A program made the position numbers and the translations under genes. A stretch of 64,000 nucleotides of DNA from Candidatus Spechtbacteria bacterium RIFCSPHIGHO2_02_FULL_43_15b (lineage in GTDB: Bacteria; Patescibacteriota; Minisyncoccia; Spechtbacterales; HO2-43-30), in the NCBI GenBank assembly GCA_001819985.1, contig MHOE01000025.1:5738-69737 (forward strand), in the 5' to 3' direction. Shown piece by piece: positions 57,583-64,000 of the stretch (its first letter is position 1; each line of letters starts with the position of its first letter). Below the pieces are notes generated by a model that saw nothing but the letters and a program-made list of their open reading frames with translations, was not told where the DNA came from and did not search any database.

Positions 57583-58188
57583 TCAGCGTTGCTTCAGAAA
57601 ATTCTTTAGAAACTGAAGCCCGCTCTTTTGACTTTTTTCCGGATGGAACTGGACACCCCAAATATTGTCTTTATTGACAACAACCGGAAATTCCTCGCCG
57701 TATTCAGATGTCGCTAAAACACACTTTTCCGCGTCGGGCTGTAAATAATAACTGTGAACAAAATAAAAAACATTAGATGCAATATTATCTAGAATTTTAT
57801 TATCGGACTTAACTTTAATATTGTTCCACCCGATATGCGGAAGTTTATTTATCCCCGCCCTTATCTTCACCGTGCGCCCATGTATCCATCCCAGTCCTTT
57901 ATTTACGCCGCCCTCATCGCCCTCATCGGCCAGAAGTTGCATACCTAAACATATTCCGAGGAACGGCTTTCTCCCTCTTAATACTTCCTCCTCGAGTATA
58001 TTCGCCAAACCCGACTCCTTTAGATTAGAAATCCCGTCGCCGAATGAACCAACTCCGGGCAATATCAAATGACTGGACATTTTTACATCATCGCGATTAT
58101 TAGATACTAAAACATCAGCGCCTAAAAATTCTAATGCGTTTTTCACGGAACCGGTATTACCCATTCCATAATCTATTATGACGATCAT
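57583..58188 (-). CDS. Glutamine amidotransferase class I (HisH/WbuY-like)
   Basis: MIVIIDYGMGN and a catalytic GICLGMQ Cys. Confidence 0.8.
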   Translation of the reverse strand: MIVIIDYGMGNTGSVKNALEFLGADVLVSNNRDDVKMSSHLILPGVGSFGDGISNLKESGLANILEEEVLRGRKPFLGICLGMQLLADEGDEGGVNKGLGWIHGRTVKIRAGINKLPHIGWNNIKVKSDNKILDNIASNVFYFVHSYYLQPDAEKCVLATSEYGEEFPVVVNKDNIWGVQFHPEKSQKSGLQFLKNFLKQR

Positions 58189-58227
58189 GTTTATAAAATT
58201 AGAAAATTGTAAGTTTTAATTTAACGC

Positions 58228-58977
58228 TTAAGGTTTAAGCGCTATTTGTTCGCAATGCGCGTTTATACTTGCGATTTCCGGGTTTTTATCCAAAAATAAC
58301 AACGCGTCCTTGACATTGATAATACCGCTACCGTTATACAGGGCTTTATAAATTTCGGCTACCAATTGAAAATCCTCGCCGTAATCAACAGTTAAACGAT
58401 AATCCCTTCTGTATTCGTCCGAGGCCTCTACGGGTTCTCCGATTTTGAATTCTCCTTTTTTATTCTCCCAGATATACGGGGTAACATGTTCTCGTTCGTA
58501 TTTTTCCTCCGCGTTTTTGTGCGCGATTTCCAGCGCCTTAAAAGAAAACACTTCCGTGTCCAACCCCCTTGGGAATGTTCGAATTGAAATATTGCTTAAA
58601 TAATCGACGCCTTTATGCTCTGCGAATTTTTTTATGCATTCATCTATTATAGCAGGATCAATAAGCGGACAATCGGAAGTTACTCTAACTATGATATCGG
58701 AATCAAAACATTTTGCCGTGCTGTAATACCTGTCCAGCACATCTTCCTCGCTTCCCCTGAAATATTTGATGCCGTTCTCCGCGCAAAATTTTTCCACTAC
58801 ATCGTCCTGTTTTAACACCGTAGTCGCAACAACAACATCATCCGCGAGCACAGCGCCTCTTGCTCTTTTTACCACATGATAAAGCATCGGGTATCCGCAT
58901 AAATTCTTCATAACCTTGCCTGGCAAGCGACCTGAACCCATTCGAGCTTGAATAATGATGTCAGTTTTAAGTTTCAT
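58228..58977 (-). CDS. Cytidylyltransferase (PseF/LegF/SpsF-like CMP-nonulosonate synthetase family)
   Basis: IIQARMGSGRLPGK N-terminus. It overlaps the aminotransferase stop by 4 nt. Confidence 0.65.
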   Translation of the reverse strand: MKLKTDIIIQARMGSGRLPGKVMKNLCGYPMLYHVVKRARGAVLADDVVVATTVLKQDDVVEKFCAENGIKYFRGSEEDVLDRYYSTAKCFDSDIIVRVTSDCPLIDPAIIDECIKKFAEHKGVDYLSNISIRTFPRGLDTEVFSFKALEIAHKNAEEKYEREHVTPYIWENKKGEFKIGEPVEASDEYRRDYRLTVDYGEDFQLVAEIYKALYNGSGIINVKDALLFLDKNPEIASINAHCEQIALKP

Positions 58978-60110
58978 ACGATTTTTTTAAGTATATTTAT
59001 AACCTCGTCAACTTCTTTCTTCCGAAGAGACGGGTAAAGAGGCACGCTGATTTCTTCTCGGTAAAAACTTTCTGTTTTCGGAAAATCGCCGAATTTGTAC
59101 CCGAATCGATTTTGATAATACGGATGAGTGTGTATGGGTATAAAATGAACTTGCGGAAAAATATTGGCATACTTAAATTCTTTGAATAATTTTCTTTTAT
59201 CAATGCTCGCATCCGCCAATCTCAATGAGTAAAGGTGCCAAGCGCTTTTGCACCCCTTCCTTTCACGCGGCAGAACAAAACGAGGATCTTTATCTAATTT
59301 TTCCGTATAATACTCCGCGATGCTTCTTCGCGCTTTGATTAAATTATCTATCCGCTTAATCTGCGAAATCCCTAGAGCCGACTGGACATCCGAGAGACGG
59401 TAATTATACCCAAGCTCCTGCATTTCAAAATACCATGGATCGATTTTGCTCGATTTATCAACAAAATTTTTGGGGTCTTTCGTTATCCCGTGATTTCTGA
59501 ATAAAAGAGCTCTCTCGTAAAACTTCCTGCTGTTTGTGACTATCGCGCCGCCTTCGGCGGTAGTTATGGCTTTTGCCGGATGGAAAGAAAATACCGTTAT
59601 ATCCGCCTGTCCGCCGATACGCCTACCCATATATTCAGCGCCCAGCGAATGGCACGCATCATTGATCAGTGTCAACCCGTGCTTCTTAGACAAAAATTTT
59701 AACTCCTTCAGAAATGACGGATGTCCCGCATAATCAACAGTTATAACGGCTTTTGTTTTGCTGTTTATTTTGCTTTCAACCGCGATAGGATCCAGAAGGC
59801 CAGAGCTGTAATCGATATCGGCAAAAACAGGTTTTGCGCGTTCATACAAAATACAGTTTGCCGTGGCAACAAAAGAAAACGGAGTTGTTATGACCTCATC
59901 GTCTTCGTTTACACCCGCGGCGAAAACTGCGCAATGAAGCGCGGAAGTCCCCGAGTTTAACACCACCGCGTATCTCGTTTCTGAATAACTTTTAATCAAA
60001 CTTTCGAATTCTGAAACCGCGGAACCTTGCGTAAGAAATCTGCCGTTAAGAATCTTAGCTACCGCATTTATATCGCTTTTTGAAATAGTATGCTTTGTAT
60101 AGGGAATCAT
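58974..60110 (-). CDS. DegT/DnrJ/EryC1/StrS PLP-dependent sugar aminotransferase (PseC/LegC-like)
   Basis: 378 aa with an aminotransferase fold V signature and a FHPAKAITT Lys. Confidence 0.85.
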   Translation of the reverse strand: MIPYTKHTISKSDINAVAKILNGRFLTQGSAVSEFESLIKSYSETRYAVVLNSGTSALHCAVFAAGVNEDDEVITTPFSFVATANCILYERAKPVFADIDYSSGLLDPIAVESKINSKTKAVITVDYAGHPSFLKELKFLSKKHGLTLINDACHSLGAEYMGRRIGGQADITVFSFHPAKAITTAEGGAIVTNSRKFYERALLFRNHGITKDPKNFVDKSSKIDPWYFEMQELGYNYRLSDVQSALGISQIKRIDNLIKARRSIAEYYTEKLDKDPRFVLPRERKGCKSAWHLYSLRLADASIDKRKLFKEFKYANIFPQVHFIPIHTHPYYQNRFGYKFGDFPKTESFYREEISVPLYPSLRKKEVDEVINILKKIV

Positions 60111-60185
60111 TTCTTCCGATTAGATTCTGAACGGCGGCACACGACAGCAAATGCGTATTTCGCGCCAAAGCTAAATGTCCAAAAT

Positions 60186-61181
60186 CTAGATTTCATCTAT
60201 AATGTTTTTCATATCTCGTATTGAAAGTAGATGAATGTTGCTCTTGCTATCATAAGAAAAACCATCCTTGACCCTCTTTCCCCGACTTTCAGCTTTTTCG
60301 GACCACCAATTAAAATCCGGCTCAATTATGTACCTGTCGTCAAAATCTCTTGTTCTTCTTCCTTCGTCTTTCGTAATTAAGAATTCATCTATTTTTTCAC
60401 CCGGGCGTATTCCTATGGTTCTAACGGATCTCTTGTATCCGAAAGCTTCTATCAAATCCGTCATCTTCATGCTTGGAATTTTGGGGACAAATATTTCTCC
60501 GCCTTTCATAATCTCGAGGGACTTCACCACAAATTTTGCCGCTTCGTCCAAAGTGATCCAAAATCTTGTCATCCGCTTATCGGTAAGCGTCAATCGTTCG
60601 CCTCTTTCTATTTGACTTTTGAAAAGCGGGATTACGCTCCCTCTACTGCCTATGACATTTCCGTATCTAACAACGGAAAAAATCGGATATTTCTTCCGTG
60701 TTGCCTGGCCGCTATACGAATTAGCTTGAATAAAAAGTTTTTCCGCGCAAAGTTTAGTGGCACCGTAAAGATTAACGGGATGAACCGCTTTATCCGTACT
60801 TAATGCTATAACCTTAGGAATTCTCAAATTAAGTGCCGACTCTATAACATTTACCGCGCCATCGACATTTGTCCTTATTGCTTCGATGGGATTATACTCG
60901 CATACAGGCACCTGCTTCAACGCGGCGGCGTGTATTAAAATATCAACTCCGCCACAAGCCCGCTCAAGTCGTTTCTGATCTCTTACATCTCCGATAAAAA
61001 AACGCAACCTCTTATCGCCATTAAAAGCAACAGACATATCGTGCTGTTTTGCTTCATCGCGGCTGTATATGCGTACGGTATTTGGCTTCTCGCTTGCAAG
61101 AATTTTCCTCACAAATGCCTGGCCAAACGACCCGGTACCCCCGGTAATTAATACTGTTTTACCCATTAATATTCCTTTCAT
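60186..61181 (-). CDS. UDP-N-acetylglucosamine 4,6-dehydratase (PseB/CapD short form)
   Basis: KTVLITGGTGSFG and a YxxxK site in a 331-aa protein. Confidence 0.8.
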   Translation of the reverse strand: MKGILMGKTVLITGGTGSFGQAFVRKILASEKPNTVRIYSRDEAKQHDMSVAFNGDKRLRFFIGDVRDQKRLERACGGVDILIHAAALKQVPVCEYNPIEAIRTNVDGAVNVIESALNLRIPKVIALSTDKAVHPVNLYGATKLCAEKLFIQANSYSGQATRKKYPIFSVVRYGNVIGSRGSVIPLFKSQIERGERLTLTDKRMTRFWITLDEAAKFVVKSLEIMKGGEIFVPKIPSMKMTDLIEAFGYKRSVRTIGIRPGEKIDEFLITKDEGRRTRDFDDRYIIEPDFNWWSEKAESRGKRVKDGFSYDSKSNIHLLSIRDMKNIIDEI

Positions 61182-61295
61182 ATTCCTTAATAAATAACAT
61201 TATTTGATTACTTTGTCCATTATGGTATAGTGTATGTCCGTACGAATACATAGGTTCAACCTGTGTATTCATTTTAGGTATAATGCTATGTTACT

Positions 61296-61345
61296 AGGTT
61301 TTAGGCGAGTGCGTATTCGCCATACTTACCTAACACCGAAAACCG
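61296..61345. repeat. Family R intergenic element with internal palindrome
   Basis: GGTTTTAGG-GGCGAgtgcgtatTCGCC-...CCTAACACCGAAAACC. Confidence 0.45.
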
Positions 61346-61358
61346 ATATGAAAATCTG

Positions 61359-62688
61359 CTTATATGCGCATGATTGGAATTACATAGATAACTACGAACC
61401 GGTTACAAAGATACTGGAATCTCAAAACATAAATTTTGATATTTTGGTGCTCAAAAAAGCTAGGCACCAAAGCTTTTTGTACTTCTCAAGAAAATACAAA
61501 AAGAAATATGGCGCCAAATTCATAACCATTTATGACATAAAATTCGGAAAGGAAATAATTTCCCTTTCCAAGTTGCCCGTAATCGGATTGCCAGCGGAAG
61601 TAAGTTTGGGAACTTCCCTGTTGAAATATTTTTTAGTGAAAAAAAAATATACGCATATCGTGGTTAGTGATGACCGCATAATAGAAGCGTGTATTCTAAT
61701 AAAGGCCGCGAATGAAGCTCGTATCAAAAATGTCGTCCTATATCCAGTAGAAGGTCTCCAGATAGTAAAGAGCTTAATGCTAACTAAAATCCAAGCGCAA
61801 AAATCCATGCCCGAAAGCAAAAAGAGACGGGTCGCGTCTTCTATCTCAAGGGTTATCTATCCTAAAAATTCTGCGATTTGTGAAGGCAAGCCATTTTATT
61901 TTTTTCCGCCCAATGAGGTTCTAAGATTGGGCGGTATGGAAATATTTCCTAAAAATCCGTGGGTGAGAGGCGCGAATAAATTAACCAAAATAGCCGCGAA
62001 TTCTATGATGCAAGCACGCGAAAATTATGTGCACGGAGTAAACGCCAATAAAATCTTTATTACAGGATTTCCGCCGCACGACAAGCTATTGGATTTAATA
62101 AAAAACAGGGAACAAAATAAAGCTAGAATAAAATCGGCTTTGCATTTAGATCCGAATAAAAAAATATTTCTCATCGCGGGAACAAACTATAGCGATGACT
62201 TCGATCCCCCTAGATTCTCCGAAATCGACAAGGATATAAGCAGGGTTATTTCCATACTTTCGTACAAAATAGGACCGAGTTTTGATTTTATCTTCAAAAT
62301 ACACCCCAGAGTTGATATAGCTGGCCAGGAAAATATTTTTTCCGATCAGGTGAAGGAAAAGATAAAATTTGTAAAAGATGAATTTAGTATATATGAACTC
62401 GTCACAATATCCGACGCTATACTGAATTTTATATCGGCATCTATGGACGCGTCTCTTATAACAGACGCTCCAATATTTTGTTACAAAATACCCGGAAGAA
62501 TGATTTTCGAGCAAGAGATCGCGAGATACAAATCAATAACCCCCCTGTATAATATAGTCGATTTAGAAAGAAACTTGTCTATTTTGGGAAAAATTCCGGC
62601 TTTTGATGAAATACTACGAAAAGAGGACAGAAAAAATTTTGGTATATTCGACGGCAGAAATGCCGAGAGATTCGTGAGTTTGCTTTAG
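61359..62688 (+). CDS. TagB/TagF-like CDP-glycerol glycerophosphotransferase-family protein
   Basis: KIFITGFPPHD...KKIFLIAGTNY resembles the Glyphos_transf C-terminal region. The ORF track starts at 61234, but that would read through the repeat and TATAAT-like signals, so the start was moved to 61359 on that basis. Confidence 0.4.
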
Positions 62689-62756
62689 GTGTTAGGTTTA
62701 CTTTACGAATCTGCTTGTTTAAGATCGACCCGCTGATACCTAACCCTAAACACCTA
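62689..62756. repeat. Family R intergenic element between convergent genes
   Basis: GTGTTAGGTTTAC...CCTAACCCTAAACACCTAG. Confidence 0.45.
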
Positions 62757-63098
62757 GTACGCTCCTCCTCTTATCTTCACATCAACAAGTTTATTCCCCC
62801 TATCTACTACGGGAACCACATTTATATTTGAGTGCTTTTCAAAAAACCTTTCGACATTTGTATCGTCGCTTTCTATTGATAAAAAATTCGTATTCATCGC
62901 CTTTCGAACTGGCGCAATAATTGTTGCCCCTTTCACCATAGCGCGTCTTATATCGCCATCACTCAAAACCCCGACAACAAGCGTGCTGTCATCAACTACA
63001 ATAAGGCATCCGCGGTGATTGGCGGTAATTTTTTGCATAGCGACTTTAAGCGTAGAATCAGCGTCTATTGTGTAATCGAAGTTTTGCGGATTTGTCAT
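62754..63098 (-). CDS. CBS-pair domain protein
   Basis: Two CBS motifs (GCLIVVDD..LVGVLSDGDIRR ; NVVPVVD..KLVDV). Confidence 0.7.
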   Translation of the reverse strand: MTNPQNFDYTIDADSTLKVAMQKITANHRGCLIVVDDSTLVVGVLSDGDIRRAMVKGATIIAPVRKAMNTNFLSIESDDTNVERFFEKHSNINVVPVVDRGNKLVDVKIRGGAY

Positions 63099-63190
63099 AA
63101 AGGTTTTAGATGTTAGATTCTAGGTTTTAGGTTCTTTAGGAATCTAATGCTTTTGATGGCATCCGTGCTAGTCCTAAAATCTAACCCTTA
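63099..63190. repeat. Family R intergenic inverted repeat
   Basis: GGTTTTAGATGTTAGATTCTAGGTTTTAGG...CCTAAAATCTAACCC. Confidence 0.5.
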
Positions 63191-63991
63191 GTATGTTATT
63201 CTTTTTACTAACAGTTTATCATCTATCTTGGCGCTTGCCAAAATATCAACTATCCTCTTTGAGGACTTCCCATCTCCGTAAGGATTTACGCATCTTATAA
63301 CCTTCTTTCTAAAATTTGGGCTCATTGATTTCTTTATTGCCTCCTCAATAGATTTTTCCGAATAATCCGCATTTATAACATTTATGCTCTGAAGACGCCC
63401 CCTTTGCCTGTTTCCGATATTAACCGCGGGAACCTTAAATGTGGGGGCTTCTATTATTCCGCTCGATGAGTTTCCGACAATGGCGCTAGCGTTACTCAAA
63501 AGTCCGGCATAATCCTGCCTTTTGAGATTCGGATATATGCTCATAAACGGCTGTTTGTACTCCATTATCTTTCTTCTTATTAAGTTTGACCCCGCGTCTG
63601 AATTATTAAGAAGCAAAACTGTCGGATATTTCAGTTTGCATACTGCCCTCATAAGCTCGTCCATTTGCCTCTCCGTATCATTGAACTCTTCGGTTACGGA
63701 ATGGTACATCAATAGAATAAACGGCTTCCCCTCTTTTAGATTAAATTTTTTGTAAACTTCTTTCGCGGGAGTGGCGTAACTCTCAACAAGTTCATCGAGC
63801 ATGGGCGCTCCGACATTAAAAACTCTCTGTCTCTCTTCTCCCATTTTCAAAACTCGTGCTTCCGCGTCTTTGTTAGCGCAAAAATGAATATGCGCGAATT
63901 TTGTAATTGCATGGCGTGATACACCGTCTATGTTGCCCGATACTTCTCCCGCTTGAATATGCGCCACCGGAATATACATATGCGCCCCCAC
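63188..63991 (-). CDS. UDP-N-acetylglucosamine 2-epimerase (hydrolysing), NeuC/LegG-like; 5' end truncated by the window edge
   Basis: HIQAGEVSGNIDGVSRHAITKFAHIHF and GNSSSGIIEAP...NIGNRQRGR match the NeuC family. The ORF is open to the window end. Confidence 0.75.
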   Translation of the reverse strand: MGAHMYIPVAHIQAGEVSGNIDGVSRHAITKFAHIHFCANKDAEARVLKMGEERQRVFNVGAPMLDELVESYATPAKEVYKKFNLKEGKPFILLMYHSVTEEFNDTERQMDELMRAVCKLKYPTVLLLNNSDAGSNLIRRKIMEYKQPFMSIYPNLKRQDYAGLLSNASAIVGNSSSGIIEAPTFKVPAVNIGNRQRGRLQSINVINADYSEKSIEEAIKKSMSPNFRKKVIRCVNPYGDGKSSKRIVDILASAKIDDKLLVKRITY

Positions 63992-64000
63992 AATGGCGGC

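Noticed and set aside
61234-61358. The N-terminal extension of the TagF-like ORF (MSVRIHRFNL...).
   Set aside because: It would read through TATAAT-like promoter elements and a family R repeat. The Arg-rich junk composition fits translated intergenic DNA.
1-64000. A search for CRISPR arrays, tRNA, rRNA and tmRNA genes.
   Set aside because: There are no regularly spaced direct repeats. The recurring elements are dispersed inverted repeats, and the intergenic regions show no cloverleaf-compatible or rRNA-like sequence.

Overview
This is a low-GC (~38-40%), compactly packed bacterial fragment whose gene content and style (small genes, sigma-region-4/HARE-HTH protein, DUF87/TraG-like ATPase, sparse Shine-Dalgarno use) suggest a CPR/Patescibacteria-like small-genome organism; the lineage call is inference. 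Positions 26-36,899 form a single minus-strand run of housekeeping and envelope genes: PGI/PMI, acyP, VanW, DsbA, TrxB-like, rsmI, a VirD4/TraG-like coupling ATPase with partner genes, secDF, nth, tgt, a UvrD-helicase/Cas4-like-nuclease fusion, an orphan response regulator, secA, hpf and murB. That run is interrupted at ~22.76-24.54 kb by a conspicuous island. It carries one ~60% GC CDS of unknown function (23104-23961), which has its own promoter-like signals, a ~135-nt structured leader, a canonical AAGGAGG ribosome-binding site and an intrinsic terminator. Divergent from it is a small AT-rich ORF with its own promoter, SD and terminator. The rest of the window (32.7-64 kb) is a large surface-glycan locus made of two sub-clusters. 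The plus-strand block holds the initiating sugar-phosphate transferase, a NeuB-family synthase fused to a xylose-isomerase-like TIM barrel, GMD, a CotH-kinase/beta-helix protein with its VTC and DUF4956 partners, a Wzx flippase, a cytidylyltransferase, Gfo/Idh/MocA and SDR oxidoreductases. The minus-strand block is a Pse/Leg-type nonulosonic-acid operon: 4,6-dehydratase, DegT aminotransferase, cytidylyltransferase, a WbuX/HisH/HisF-type amidotransferase trio for an acetamidino group, methyltransferase, GT2, sugar N-formyltransferase, NeuB-type synthase, a KpsS-like protein and, at the window edge, a NeuC-type hydrolysing 2-epimerase. A family of short intergenic imperfect inverted repeats (GGTTTTAGG ... 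CCTAAAACC type) recurs at 9 or more gene boundaries. No rRNA, tRNA or CRISPR array was found by eye.
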